Assembly (NCBI GenBank): GCA_049512555.1
Contig: JBEKWZ010000001.1
Span: 1 to 35,893 of the forward strand
Direction of reading: 5' to 3'
Length of the DNA: 35,893 nt
Source of the DNA: Candidatus Sulfotelmatobacter sp.
Lineage (GTDB): Bacteria; Acidobacteriota; Terriglobia; Terriglobales; Acidobacteriaceae
The translations under genes were made by a program, and so were the position numbers. Shown here in pieces: positions 1 through 8,803 of the stretch (position 1 is the first letter of the stretch; each line of letters opens with the position of its first letter). The notes under the pieces were generated by a model, which worked only from the letters and a program-made list of their open reading frames with translations, did no database searches and had not been told where the DNA came from.

Positions 1-654
1 GGGCCGAAGCCGCCGTTCGAACATTTGGAGGTGGATCAGAAGTACTCGTGGCTGAAGGCGCCAAGGTATCAGGATCATGCGATGGAAGTGGGGCCGCTGT
101 CGCGGATGCTGGTGGCGTATGCCTCTGGGCATCCGGATGTGAAGCCCGTGGTGGACGCTGTGCTGGCGAAATTGAATGCGCCAGCGACGGCGCTGTTTTC
201 GACTTTGGGACGGATTGCAGCTCGGGCGATCGAAGCGAAAGTGATGGCGGGACAGGTCAGCAAGTGGGTGGCAGAGTTGGGCGACAAGCTGGGACACGGT
301 GACTTGCGAATTCATAACGGAGAGAAGTGGGACCCTGATACCTGGCCGAAGGAGGCGCAGGGATGGGGTTTCCACGAGGCGCCGCGGGGATCTCTGGGAC
401 ACTGGGTGCACATCGAAGACAAGAAGATTCAGAACTATCAGTGCGTGGTGCCTACGACCTGGAATGCCGGACCGCGGGATGCCAAGGGACAGCGCGGGGC
501 TTATGAGGCGGCGCTGATGAAGACGCCCATTGCCGATCTGGAGCGGCCGGTGGAGATTCTGCGTACGGTGCATTCATTTGATCCGTGCCTGGCGTGCGCA
601 GTGCATGTGGTGGACGCGCGAGGACGGCGGGTCATCCAGGTACGAGCGAGTTGA
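1..654 (+). CDS. hyaB: [NiFe]-hydrogenase large subunit, C-terminal ~217 aa (5' part lies outside the window)
   Basis: Frame 1 is open from nt 1 (GPKPPFEHLEVDQ...) to the stop at 652-654. The product ends with the diagnostic Ni-Fe ligand motif HSFDPCLACAVH, followed by a 15-aa tail (VVDARGRRVIQVRAS) of the kind removed by the maturation endopeptidase. Cytochrome b and protease genes follow directly. Confidence 0.93.
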   Translation, partial: GPKPPFEHLEVDQKYSWLKAPRYQDHAMEVGPLSRMLVAYASGHPDVKPVVDAVLAKLNAPATALFSTLGRIAARAIEAKVMAGQVSKWVAELGDKLGHGDLRIHNGEKWDPDTWPKEAQGWGFHEAPRGSLGHWVHIEDKKIQNYQCVVPTTWNAGPRDAKGQRGAYEAALMKTPIADLERPVEILRTVHSFDPCLACAVHVVDARGRRVIQVRAS

Positions 655-685
655 GAATCGCGCAACGCTACTGAAGGAGGCGGCA

Positions 686-1423
686 ATGGGCTCACTGGCA
701 CCAGGACAACATGCATGGAGCGAGGCTCATCGACCCTACCCTTCGACCTTGCCGGTGCGCACGTATGTGTGGGAGTTGCCGGTGCGCGTCTCGCACTGGT
801 TCATCGTTCTGTCCATCGGCGTGCTGGCTTTCACGGGTTATTACATGCACAATCCGTTTATCGTGGCCACGGGCGGCACACAGTTTCTGATGGCCAAGAT
901 GCGGTTCCTTCATCTCGTAGCCGGGTCGGTGTTCATCAGTGCGTTTCTGCTGCGCATGTATTGGTTTTTTGTGGGGAATGACTGGTCGAGTTGGCGGTCG
1001 TTTTGGCCCATCAAGAAACGGCAGTGGCGAGGCATGGGGAACATGGTCGCCTACTACAGCTTCCTCAAGAAAGACCTGGCGCACTATGTGGGGCACAACG
1101 CGCTGGCAGCGGTGACGTATCTGCTGATGTTCACCTTCATGCTGATTGAGATCATCACCGGCCTGACGCTGTATACGCAGGTGAGAGGATCGTGGCTGCT
1201 GGGGTGGCTATTCCGCTGGATTCCCGGAGTCATCGATATTCAATATCTGCGGCTGGCGCATTTCTGCATCATGTTCACGTTCTTCGCGTTCGTGATTCAT
1301 CATGTGTACAGCGCCGTGCTGGTTTCGTGGGAAGAGCGCAACGGGCTGATCGAGAGCATATTCACGGGATACAAGTTCATCCCCAAGCACGAACTAGATG
1401 AGGATTCGCGCCAGGTGAAATGA
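686..1423 (+). CDS. hyaC: Ni/Fe-hydrogenase b-type cytochrome (membrane anchor) subunit
   Basis: The ATG at 686 is preceded by GAAGGAGG (673-680). The longer track ORF from 530 would overlap the large-subunit 3' end. The product (MGSLAPGQ...) has about four hydrophobic helices with conserved His residues (RVSHWF, FLHLVAG, HYVGHNALA, HHVYSA). It sits immediately after the large subunit, as in hyaABCD/hupSLCD operons. Confidence 0.88.
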   Translation: MGSLAPGQHAWSEAHRPYPSTLPVRTYVWELPVRVSHWFIVLSIGVLAFTGYYMHNPFIVATGGTQFLMAKMRFLHLVAGSVFISAFLLRMYWFFVGNDWSSWRSFWPIKKRQWRGMGNMVAYYSFLKKDLAHYVGHNALAAVTYLLMFTFMLIEIITGLTLYTQVRGSWLLGWLFRWIPGVIDIQYLRLAHFCIMFTFFAFVIHHVYSAVLVSWEERNGLIESIFTGYKFIPKHELDEDSRQVK

Positions 1424-1911
1424 TGGAAGCAGGGCCGGGCAAGACCGTGGTGCTGGGGCTGGGGAATGTTCTTCACGCCGATGATGGAGCGGGAGCACAG
1501 GCGATCCAGCGACTGCGCGAAGATCGGCGAGTGCCGGCGGATGTGAGCCTGGTAGAAGGTGGGACCCTGGGACTGGAGCTACTTTCTTACGTTTGGGATT
1601 GTTCGCGCCTGATTGTGATTGATGCGGTGGACGTGGGCGAGGCTCCGGGCACGGTGGTGCGGATGTCGGGGGAGGAATTGAATTCCTTGCCCGGCAACAG
1701 CAGCGTGCACCAGTTGGGGGTCTCCGATCTGCTGGTGGCGCTGCGAGTGCTGGCGCAGCGGCAGCCTGCAGTCGTCCTGCTGGGCGTACAGCCTGCGAAT
1801 ACGGATTGGAGCACTGAGTTGTCTCCTAGTGTCACGGCGGCGATGAGTTCCTTGGTGGAGACAGCGGTGCGAGAGTTGTGGCAAGAGGGACAGGCAGAGT
1901 CCGTGCCGTGA
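1420..1911 (+). CDS. hyaD: Hydrogenase maturation endopeptidase (HyaD/HybD/HupD family)
   Basis: The ATG at 1420 overlaps the TGA of the preceding gene (ATGA). The N-terminal VVLGLGNVLHADDGAG matches the GxGNxLxxDDGxG signature of this protease family. The size (163 aa) is typical. Confidence 0.9.
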   Translation: MMEAGPGKTVVLGLGNVLHADDGAGAQAIQRLREDRRVPADVSLVEGGTLGLELLSYVWDCSRLIVIDAVDVGEAPGTVVRMSGEELNSLPGNSSVHQLGVSDLLVALRVLAQRQPAVVLLGVQPANTDWSTELSPSVTAAMSSLVETAVRELWQEGQAESVP

Positions 1912-1983
1912 GGCCTTTCAAGTCAATCGGGCAACAGCCTTGTATCTGCTGCGCCAAGCAAACCAAATCAGAGGGCAGGGCAC

Positions 1984-2190
1984 ATGCGGATGCCTTATCG
2001 CACGACGTTGGCCGAGTGCAGAGAGGCGATGAGGCGGTTCCTTGACCTCTGCCGCTTCGAAACCAAACATGGCGCTCGAAACGACGGTCCAGGGGTTCTC
2101 GCTGGCTGGATCGCCGTCATCCTGGTTTGGGCTGCGGTGATTGCTATGTTGCTGGCAATGGTTGGTGCTTTACTCGGCCCAGCCGAATAG
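1984..2190 (+). CDS. Hypothetical small protein with a C-terminal transmembrane helix
   Basis: 68-aa ORF. The C-terminal VLAGWIAVILVWAAVIAMLLAMVGALLG is strongly hydrophobic. A purine-rich stretch (GAGGGCAGGG) lies upstream of the ATG. No family was recognised. Confidence 0.3.
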   Translation: MRMPYRTTLAECREAMRRFLDLCRFETKHGARNDGPGVLAGWIAVILVWAAVIAMLLAMVGALLGPAE

Positions 2191-2232
2191 AAGTCGAATG
2201 AGATCGCTTGGAACCCTCTACCCGGCGCTCCT

Positions 2233-2263
2233 CCGGCTCGAGCCGGCTCGGTCGAGTACTTTT
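2233..2263 (+). terminator. Possible intrinsic terminator between convergent genes
   Basis: A GC-rich palindromic segment CCGGCTCGAGCCGG (2233-2246) overlaps a CTCGA...TCGAG stem (2238-2256) and is followed by TACTTTT (2257-2263). It lies between the 1984-2190 ORF and the stop of the minus-strand 2289-4025 gene. The stems are short. Confidence 0.35.
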
Positions 2264-2288
2264 GAGATTCTGACAGAAGATGCCCAAC

Positions 2289-4025
2289 TCAGGGTCCGGC
2301 CCGGCTGCGGCGCATCAACTGTGGCAGGAGGATCAGAATCAATCCATAGAACAGAAGCGAAACGACCAGTGACGCGGCGTTGCCGAAGCGCAAGTCTTCG
2401 AACAGAAGCTTCAGGGTTCCGAAGGCGACGGCCGCATAAGCAACCCAGCCCAGTTCGACGCACTTCCAGCGCGCACCGGCATAACCGAGCACCAGCGCCA
2501 GCGCGCAGTTTACGACGGTTCGGATCACCGAGAGTCTCGAGGCGTTGAGTTCCAGACGACTCGCGGCCAGCCATACGAATGTCGCCACCGCCAGCGCGGC
2601 CCCTGCAAACCCGACCAGGATTGCAGGAAACACCCAAAGCAGCCTCCGTTTCGGTGGCTCTTGCGCGGCCAGCGCTCCCTGGGACCCAAAAACGTAACAG
2701 AGCGCGGCCAGGGCGGCGACCGTCCAAACACTCCAGTCGGGCGCCGCGGGCACGGTTCCAGCCAGCGCACTCGCAACCCAATTCGGCAGCGACGAAGCCG
2801 TCGCTGCGGCGGCCAGATAGAACGACGCGTGCAGGCCAAGGCTCAGCTTGCTGGTCCTTGCATACACGAGCGCCGTGGCGACTGCGGCCAGACCCAGGAA
2901 CGGCACGCGCAGATTTGCGGAGAGCAGCAGGTAGCTCCCGGCCAGAAGCAGCGCCGCCGCATAAGTGGCGAAGACTCTCCGATCGCGGGTGTAGGCTTCG
3001 TCGGTGAATCGTGCCAGCGTTCCCCAGTAACAGACCGCTGCCAGCAACAGCGAAACCACGCCGAGGGCAGAAGCAGCTTCGCCGTGGCTGGCTCGCATAG
3101 TGCCAAAGCCCGCAAGCCCGAACGCCAGTATGCCCTGGCCGATTTCAAAGATGGTGATCCGGTGGCGGAGTACAAAAGTGCGAACGCCTACGCTCGCGCC
3201 ATAAATCGCAAACAGAAGCAGGCATAGCGACGTGATCGTGGCGGGCGCGGCGGCGTGATATCCCTCGGGCACTCCGTCAGGGGAGGTCATCACGTACACC
3301 AGCAGCCACGCCGCAAAATCAGCGGCCAGGGCCGGCACGGCTCGCAGGCTGAGCCCGTGTTCCAAGCAGGCCGCAGCTTCCGTGGCCAAAGCCACAGCCA
3401 GCAGAGCGGCCGTGAGCGGCACGAGTTCGTGGGTTGCAATGATCAGGGCCAAGGCTGTGAGGACCGTCGCCAGAGTTGCCACCCACGGAATCAGCTGCAG
3501 GTTCCACCGCCATGACAGCGCCAGAGCCAGCACGACGAACGCAACCAGCACGACCGCAGTGAAGGCCGGCGCCAGGACCTGGAAGCGAACGGTCGATTCC
3601 CACAGCAGAGGGGAGAGGATGAGCGCGGAAGTGATCCCGAAGGCGACGCTGGCAAAGCGGTTGGCGGCGTGAATGCGAACCGCCCAAACCATCCACAGAC
3701 CCGCGTATACGATGGCCACGACTAGGATCGGCAGCTTTGGGATGGCGCTGGATTCGGCAATGGCGCGGAGCAGGTAGGCTCCGGCGATTCCCAGGACCGC
3801 CTTGCCGAGTATCGGCACGGCCCCGCCTGCCATTTCCGCCGGTGAAGATCCAAGCCAAGTGGCCACAGGTCGCGTTGTTTCGGCGACAAAGTCGGACGAT
3901 TGAGCAGCGGCGGGATGCTCTCTTTCCGGTTGTCCTTCGAGGGCAGAAACGCGGCGTTCCAGTTCCCGGATTCGTTCACTCAGCCGTTCCACATCGGATG
4001 CGACGCTGTCGACAGCTTGCGCCAT
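2289..4025 (-). CDS. Polytopic membrane protein with N-terminal coiled coil (DUF2339-like)
   Basis: 578-aa ORF. The N-terminus VERLSERIRELERRVSALEGQ is coiled-coil-like and is followed by more than 12 hydrophobic helices. GGAG lies 8 nt upstream of the ATG. The start is only 31 nt downstream of the NrfD-like gene stop on the same strand. The family assignment comes from architecture only. Confidence 0.75.
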   Translation of the reverse strand: MAQAVDSVASDVERLSERIRELERRVSALEGQPEREHPAAAQSSDFVAETTRPVATWLGSSPAEMAGGAVPILGKAVLGIAGAYLLRAIAESSAIPKLPILVVAIVYAGLWMVWAVRIHAANRFASVAFGITSALILSPLLWESTVRFQVLAPAFTAVVLVAFVVLALALSWRWNLQLIPWVATLATVLTALALIIATHELVPLTAALLAVALATEAAACLEHGLSLRAVPALAADFAAWLLVYVMTSPDGVPEGYHAAAPATITSLCLLLFAIYGASVGVRTFVLRHRITIFEIGQGILAFGLAGFGTMRASHGEAASALGVVSLLLAAVCYWGTLARFTDEAYTRDRRVFATYAAALLLAGSYLLLSANLRVPFLGLAAVATALVYARTSKLSLGLHASFYLAAAATASSLPNWVASALAGTVPAAPDWSVWTVAALAALCYVFGSQGALAAQEPPKRRLLWVFPAILVGFAGAALAVATFVWLAASRLELNASRLSVIRTVVNCALALVLGYAGARWKCVELGWVAYAAVAFGTLKLLFEDLRFGNAASLVVSLLFYGLILILLPQLMRRSRAGP

Positions 4026-4056
4026 ACGCTACTCCGCATCTGCCCCGTGGAGGGGG

Positions 4057-5256
4057 CTAGTTGGTTCCGTGCGCCGGAGTTGCACCGGAGGCGGGAACGG
4101 AGCCCGCGTCCGGCCACGGCGGGAGGAGTTTTACCAGGACCCAGAGGATTGGAAAAGGAAGAAGCATGAGCGCGATCGCGGTCAAAAGTCCTTCCCGCGT
4201 GGCAAAGGCCATCTTATAAGTGGTGTAGCCGAGGAAACTCTTGGAGAAAAGCTGTCCGCCAATCACAACGTTCCAGCGCATGGCGAAAATGCCGATGACA
4301 GTCAGGCATCCGGCAAGCGTGTAGATGCGTTTGCGGAGCGTGCCGGTCAGACTCACGACCTGAGTCAGCCCCAGCAGCACGATGGGGGTCACCGTGCCGA
4401 GGAGAATCTGGATGATGACCTGCGACACCCAAAGACGCGTGTGCACCATGAAGTCGAGGCTGCGGAAGGACTCGTCCGCTTCATAAATGCGTTGCAGCAG
4501 GTCGAGCATTTCCAGGCTGAAATCGATCACGAAGACGTAGAACAGATATTGCGCAATCGTATCCAGGCAGCGGATGTCGATTTCTTTTCCGCGCAGACGC
4601 GTGGTCACCATGTAAAGCAACATCACCGCCGCGATGCCCGAGACCATGGCCGAAAAGATGAAAACGATCGGCATCAGCGGCGACGACCACCAGGGGTTCG
4701 CCTTCACCGATCCGAAGATGAAACCGACATATCCGTGCAGCAGAAAAGCAGAAGGAATTCCGATCACAGTAATGAAGTAGCCCAGTCTTTCGTCAATGTG
4801 CAATGACCGTTCGCTGATGTTGCTGGAGCCCAGGGTGAGCAAGCGGTAAATCAGACGCGTGACGCCGGTTGTGGTCTGGGATTTCAAGACAATGTCGCGG
4901 CGGTAGTCGAGCCAGATCTCCAGCAGCAGAACGGCCATGAGGTACCAGAGATAGACGAATCCGAACATGGCCATGGCGGAAGAACGGTGCGGCGTCAGGT
5001 ACATTTCCAGGGAGCGCTCAGGATGTCCCAGGTGCAGCTGCAGGGGCAAGGGAGCAACCAGCAGAAAGGCCAGTGCCGTGAGCAGCGCGAGGCGGTAGGT
5101 TGGCTTCACTGCGTCCACGCGGAACACGCGTTCCAGCGAAGCCAGGATGAACGCGCCCGCCACCAGTCCCGTGATGAAGGGATACAGAACGATGAGCACG
5201 CTCCACTGGAGCTCCACTTCGTTCGGATACATGAAGCCTTCGACCGGGATTTGCAC
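4057..5256 (-). CDS. NrfD/PsrC/HybB-family integral membrane quinone-interacting subunit
   Basis: 399 aa with about 10 TM helices. The N-terminus WSVLIVLYPFITGLVAGAFILASL is typical of the NrfD/polysulfide-reductase membrane subunit family. It starts at a GTG preceded by AAGGAGG and lies directly downstream of the FeS subunit gene. Confidence 0.85.
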   Translation of the reverse strand: MQIPVEGFMYPNEVELQWSVLIVLYPFITGLVAGAFILASLERVFRVDAVKPTYRLALLTALAFLLVAPLPLQLHLGHPERSLEMYLTPHRSSAMAMFGFVYLWYLMAVLLLEIWLDYRRDIVLKSQTTTGVTRLIYRLLTLGSSNISERSLHIDERLGYFITVIGIPSAFLLHGYVGFIFGSVKANPWWSSPLMPIVFIFSAMVSGIAAVMLLYMVTTRLRGKEIDIRCLDTIAQYLFYVFVIDFSLEMLDLLQRIYEADESFRSLDFMVHTRLWVSQVIIQILLGTVTPIVLLGLTQVVSLTGTLRKRIYTLAGCLTVIGIFAMRWNVVIGGQLFSKSFLGYTTYKMAFATREGLLTAIALMLLPFPILWVLVKLLPPWPDAGSVPASGATPAHGTN

Positions 5257-5330
5257 GTGCCTCCTTCTTCATCTCTCGAACTGGCCCCGAACGAATGCGG
5301 CCGGGGCTACGCGTTCTTATCGAACCGAAC

Positions 5331-6059
5331 TTATCGCACGGAACCATCCATGCCGTTGTAAAAGACCTTTGCCCCAGTCGCCATGTGGGGTTTCAAGACC
5401 TGCACCGTGTGAGTTCGCAAGAACTCGTGAATCGGGTCTTTGGGGTTCTTCAGGTCGGCGAGCTGGCGGGCGCCGGTGGGGCAGACCTCGCAGCAGGCCG
5501 TCGTCAGGCCCTTGGTGATGCGGTGATAGCAGAGCGTGCATTTCTCGGCCGTATTGGTTTTGGGATTGATGAAGCGGCAACCATACGGACACGCCTGCAC
5601 GCAATAACGGCAGCCCAGGCAATAACTCTTGTCGACCAGCACCACTCCATCGGGCGTAACGAAGGTCGCGCCCACGGGGCAAACCTGTGTGCAGGGAGAA
5701 TCTGCACAGTGGTTGCACAACTTGGGGACGAAGAAATTCTTGCCGCCGATTTCATTGGGCGGGAAGCCCTGCTTACCGCCATCCGGCGATTCCACTTCGG
5801 GGCGTTCGATCTTCCAGTCGTCCACGTGATAGCGCTCAATCCAGGTGCGGTAGTAGCCTTCGGGGACGTCGTTTTCTTCCGCGCAGGCGCGAACACAACT
5901 GCCGCACCCGATGCACTTGGGGATGTCGATGAGCATGCTCCACCAGTGCTCGGTCATCTTGTAGTTGGGTGCGGCTTCGGGCGTGCCCGCCTGGACGTAT
6001 TTCCAGGCAACGGCGGCGGCCGGCAACAAAATCAGTAAGCGACGGCGGGTGATGTTCAT
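5331..6059 (-). CDS. Tat-exported 4x[4Fe-4S] ferredoxin-type subunit (NrfC/HybA/PsrB-like)
   Basis: The internal ATG at 6059 gives MNITRRRLLILLPAAAVAW, a twin-arginine signal, and overlaps the TAA of the upstream cytochrome gene by 1 nt. There are four Cys clusters: CIGCGSCVRAC, CNHCADSPCTQVCP, CLGCRYCVQACP and CTLCYHR...CCEVCP. The track ORF extension to 6371 overlaps the cytochrome gene and looks spurious. Confidence 0.9.
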   Translation of the reverse strand: MNITRRRLLILLPAAAVAWKYVQAGTPEAAPNYKMTEHWWSMLIDIPKCIGCGSCVRACAEENDVPEGYYRTWIERYHVDDWKIERPEVESPDGGKQGFPPNEIGGKNFFVPKLCNHCADSPCTQVCPVGATFVTPDGVVLVDKSYCLGCRYCVQACPYGCRFINPKTNTAEKCTLCYHRITKGLTTACCEVCPTGARQLADLKNPKDPIHEFLRTHTVQVLKPHMATGAKVFYNGMDGSVR

Positions 6060-6664
6060 TATTTCTTGCCCTCCGTCGCAGGTTTCGTTTCCGCTGCGAT
6101 TTGAATCTTGGGCCGGTGAGGCTGGTGGCAGGTGTCGCAGGCGAGGCCTCCCGAGTGATCCGCGGTTGCGACCTGCGGAAAGCCTTTGGGCTTGGCACTG
6201 TTGGCTTCGTGGCAGCGGGCGCAGACGACCACGGTGTCGAGCTTCGCCGGTTTCACGGAGGCAGGATCGTCGGCATGCCTGGCCTGCGCTCCGTGGCAAG
6301 CTTCGCAGGGAACCACCACGTGCTTGCCCTGCTTTTTCTGCTCGACCACGTCGACATGGCAAGCCTCGCACGTATCGTGGCCGGCGAAGGCCACGGGACG
6401 GGCCGCGATCTCGGCGATGGCATCGCCTCGATAGTGTCCGTACTGGCCAAAACTGTGGGGAACGACGAGGGCGCGCAGCGTGACGAAAGCAATCAGTGCG
6501 ATCGCCATGACGGCCGCGAGCCGGACGAGGTGTTCAATATCTTTGAACAAGTTGTGCGCCCTACTCGGGGCGCGAGTCGCGCAACATGGCGCGATGCTCT
6601 TGGATACCTGAGGAATGTCGCGGGAACGATGACTGAGATCACAGGAAGCTGTGACGGCACTCAC
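6059..6664 (-). CDS. Membrane-anchored tetrahaem cytochrome c
   Basis: Four CXXCH sites (CEACH, CEACH, CARCH, CDTCH) follow one hydrophobic helix (LVRLAAVMAIALIAFVTLRALVV). The start is uncertain: either the GTG at 6664 or the in-frame TTG at 6550 just before the anchor helix. Confidence 0.85.
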   Translation of the reverse strand: MSAVTASCDLSHRSRDIPQVSKSIAPCCATRAPSRAHNLFKDIEHLVRLAAVMAIALIAFVTLRALVVPHSFGQYGHYRGDAIAEIAARPVAFAGHDTCEACHVDVVEQKKQGKHVVVPCEACHGAQARHADDPASVKPAKLDTVVVCARCHEANSAKPKGFPQVATADHSGGLACDTCHQPHRPKIQIAAETKPATEGKK

Positions 6665-6944
6665 GATGCACAGTCACTGAGGTCAAGCCCGAAGCGGCCG
6701 CGGGCTACGCCCAAAGTTGGAAGCGAAACGGGGATCGTTGACGGAAACGGGCGATGGTGCTCATTGACCCCGAACAGTGTGGGGCGATTGCGAATGCGTC
6801 TATCAGCGTGACATGGCGAGCGAGTCACGAGCACATGATCTTTCGATGGTTAGCCAGTGGCGGGCACCATCACCGGAAAATCAAACACCGCTGTAGGCTG
6901 CACGACAGACCATCCAGATTGACGGCCTGTAAGATTTGCCCACC

Positions 6945-7136
6945 ATGAGCCGGAAGCTGGTGTGGATTGAGCAGCAGCGTTTTCGGGGTTTTGGTTGTTC
7001 GGAATGTGGCTGGCGGTTCAAACCTACTGAAACGCTGGCCGGCCCGTCTTTCAACGAAATGATGCGAAACTTCGAGTTGCAGCGCGACAAAGAGTTTACG
7101 TCCCATGTTTGCGCCGATCACCCCAAGGAGGATTAG
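6945..7136 (+). CDS. Small Cys/His-containing hypothetical protein (63 aa)
   Basis: The ATG at 6945 gives MSRKLVWIEQQRFRGFGCSECGWRF...SHVCADHPKED, with a CxxC plus a distal C/H arrangement. The composition is protein-like. The track ORF begins at a TTG at 6936. Confidence 0.5.
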   Translation: MSRKLVWIEQQRFRGFGCSECGWRFKPTETLAGPSFNEMMRNFELQRDKEFTSHVCADHPKED

Positions 7137-7388
7137 GTACCCACCGGCCCGATCAAAATATCGAGGCGCCGCCTCCCCGGAGGTCCCGGCGCAATCCGAT
7201 CGGGCAAACTTATGTAATTCCACCGTAACCAGTGCAATGTAATCTTTCATGAAATTGGCCTAAACCGTAATGTCGTCCTGTGTGGGCGGAATGATTCGCA
7301 CGAAAAGTGCATCTGATCTTCTGTTCATCGTTAGCCCGAGAGGCGCAATTCGGCCTGCGAGGTACCCTGCGCCAAAGCACCAAGGAAC

Positions 7389-7661
7389 ATGAGCCCAGAC
7401 CCAATCACCGCGATTACCGCTTGGACGCACCGATCGAGCAACGAGAAGATTCGGCAGTACGGGCGCGGCGAGGAGCCGGGCCTCAGCGAAGTTGAGCGCT
7501 ACCTGACCGAGTACGGCATCACCGCCAAGAGTTTCCCCGTCAAGGGCGAGGATGGGCGCGAAGTCACCTTCCGCGGTGAGCGGAAGAAGCTGAAGGGTTT
7601 GGTCAAGCATCTGCTGGGAGAAGCAATCGACGATTCGTGGGAATGGGGTACGTTTCACTGA
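7389..7661 (+). CDS. Hypothetical protein (90 aa)
   Basis: Balanced, charged, protein-like composition (…GLSEVERYLTEYGITAKSFPVKGEDGREVTFRGERKKLKGLVKHLLGE…). The overlapping 172-aa minus-strand ORF is Arg/Ser/Gly-rich and looks like a shadow frame. Confidence 0.4.
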   Translation: MSPDPITAITAWTHRSSNEKIRQYGRGEEPGLSEVERYLTEYGITAKSFPVKGEDGREVTFRGERKKLKGLVKHLLGEAIDDSWEWGTFH

Positions 7662-7812
7662 TCTGCCGAACCGAACGAAAGCTCCACTCGAAGCAGAGCT
7701 TGAGCCGCTGAAACGGCCCCAACGGCTCGAGCCTTCGGCAAGACAGAGTTCCACGGTTGATGAAACCAGCGATTTCACACATTGACCCTCGGAACCGGGG
7801 CGGCTGAGGTCG

Positions 7813-8103
7813 ATGAGTGTAATTGGCGATTTTTCGCCAACAAACGATCTGAGGTACTTTGTAGAATTGGTTCAGGTCCTTTCCACGTTAATGCCAAATC
7901 GTCTGAGTCGATCCATCCGCTGCCCTTACTGCAGAATCGGAGACGAATTTCGCCCAATGCTAAACCGCGTGGAGGGCTGGTTACGCTGCGAGAGCTGCGG
8001 CCATGACGCTATGCCGCTAGACCCCGAGTTCAGATGCGCGTGTTCGAACTGCGATGCTTCTCAGTCACGCCTATTCAGGACCCAAGTCAAAGACGCAGAT
8101 TAG
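7813..8103 (+). CDS. Zinc-ribbon-like hypothetical protein (96 aa)
   Basis: CPYC...(17 aa)...CESCGH plus a CACSNC cluster. GAGG lies just upstream of the ATG. Confidence 0.4.
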   Translation: MSVIGDFSPTNDLRYFVELVQVLSTLMPNRLSRSIRCPYCRIGDEFRPMLNRVEGWLRCESCGHDAMPLDPEFRCACSNCDASQSRLFRTQVKDAD

Positions 8104-8326
8104 CGTCCGAGGCGATAGCCTCATAATCCACCCCTGTCGGATTTTGAGCAGAATCGAAATATTACAACAGTCAGGCACGCGGACGGTTGGTGGCGTTGTG
8201 GACTTCTTCAGCCTACTCAAAGGCCGACTGCATAGTGTTTCGTTTTGCTCAGACCCAAAGCCAGAATCTAGCCCATCATGTCTGCAGGGGTGACTTCGAT
8301 GCCCTACGTGTTCGACTGGAGGGACT

Positions 8327-8398
8327 ATGTTAGGTATGGGTGTGGTCGGAACTATTATTGTGATTCTGGTGATTGTGTGGCTCGTGCGTCGCGTTTGA
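8327..8398 (+). CDS. Possible 23-aa single-helix hydrophobic peptide
   Basis: Below the ORF-track size cutoff. Manual translation gives MLGMGVVGTIIVILVIVWLVRRV-stop, with GGAGG ending 4 nt before the ATG. Confidence 0.3.
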   Translation: MLGMGVVGTIIVILVIVWLVRRV

Positions 8399-8455
8399 CG
8401 CGGGTTTCTCAAGTGGCGTCTTCGATGCGATTGATCGCAAATTGGAGGAAGTGGA

Positions 8456-8647
8456 ATGGCTACTCAACTATGCCAGAAATGCAAACAAGCGCATCCCGGT
8501 CGCGTCTGCGATTACGACGAACAAGGTGAGTGCGCCGAGACGATTGATGCCAAGGAGGCTGCTCAACCCAGCGACGCACCATCAAACGACGGAGTCGGCG
8601 CACCTTCCGATCCACCATCTGCTGGACGGCACAGTAACAAAGTTTGA
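8456..8647 (+). CDS. Small Cys-rich hypothetical protein (63 aa)
   Basis: GGAGGA lies 6 nt upstream of the ATG. The N-terminus CQKCKQAHPGRVCDYDEQGEC is a four-Cys knuckle, followed by a low-complexity Pro/Ser/Ala tail. It competes with the overlapping frame 8373-8726, so the reading frame is uncertain. Confidence 0.35.
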   Translation: MATQLCQKCKQAHPGRVCDYDEQGECAETIDAKEAAQPSDAPSNDGVGAPSDPPSAGRHSNKV

Positions 8648-8803
8648 ATCGGGTTCGGTGATTCGGTCTGGCGTGAGCGCTCTTGACCAGACTGGCCGAA
8701 TCCGAGTTGGTAGCATCAACTTCTAGAGCCCCGTCACACGCCAGCCGAAACTATAAACTTGTAACCGGCTCCCGTTCGGGTTATTCAGCCGAGGAGTAAG
8801 ACC

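Noticed and set aside
1-654. Selenocysteine or recoding in the hydrogenase large subunit
   Set aside because: The C-terminal ligand motif is DPCLACAVH with ordinary Cys codons and no in-frame TGA.
530-685. 5' extension of the cytochrome b ORF (track start 530)
   Set aside because: It overlaps the large-subunit coding region by 125 nt and encodes Arg/Cys/Trp-rich junk. A strong GAAGGAGG RBS precedes the ATG at 686.
2141-4060. Multiple overlapping ORFs on both strands inside 2289-4025 (for example 2218-2781, 2579-3007, 2661-3227, 3319-3858, 3737-4060)
   Set aside because: They are alternative frames of the DUF2339-like membrane protein gene. Their highly Arg/Pro/Ser-biased composition is typical of off-frame translation.
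5331-6371. Full 346-aa track ORF for the FeS protein
   Set aside because: The first 104 codons overlap the cytochrome c gene in another frame and are Arg-rich. The Tat signal begins at the ATG at 6059.
4069-6811. Several plus-strand ORFs (4069-4806, 4987-5361, 5295-6038, 5965-6483, 6101-6811)
   Set aside because: All lie antisense to the NrfD / FeS / cytochrome c genes. They are Arg/Gly/Ala-rich with no motifs, so they are shadow frames of GC-rich coding sequence.
7260-7778. 172-aa minus-strand ORF
   Set aside because: It is Ser/Gly/Ala/Arg-rich and low in complexity, and it overlaps the more protein-like 90-aa plus-strand ORF. Neither is strongly supported, and I kept the plus-strand one at low confidence.
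8373-8726. 117-aa plus-strand ORF overlapping the Cys-rich 8456-8647 ORF
   Set aside because: It has a GTG start inside the mini-peptide ORF and no RBS. Its C-terminal part (GSVIRSGVSALDQTGRIRVGSINF) looks protein-like, so I could not exclude it. It is flagged as an unresolved frame choice.
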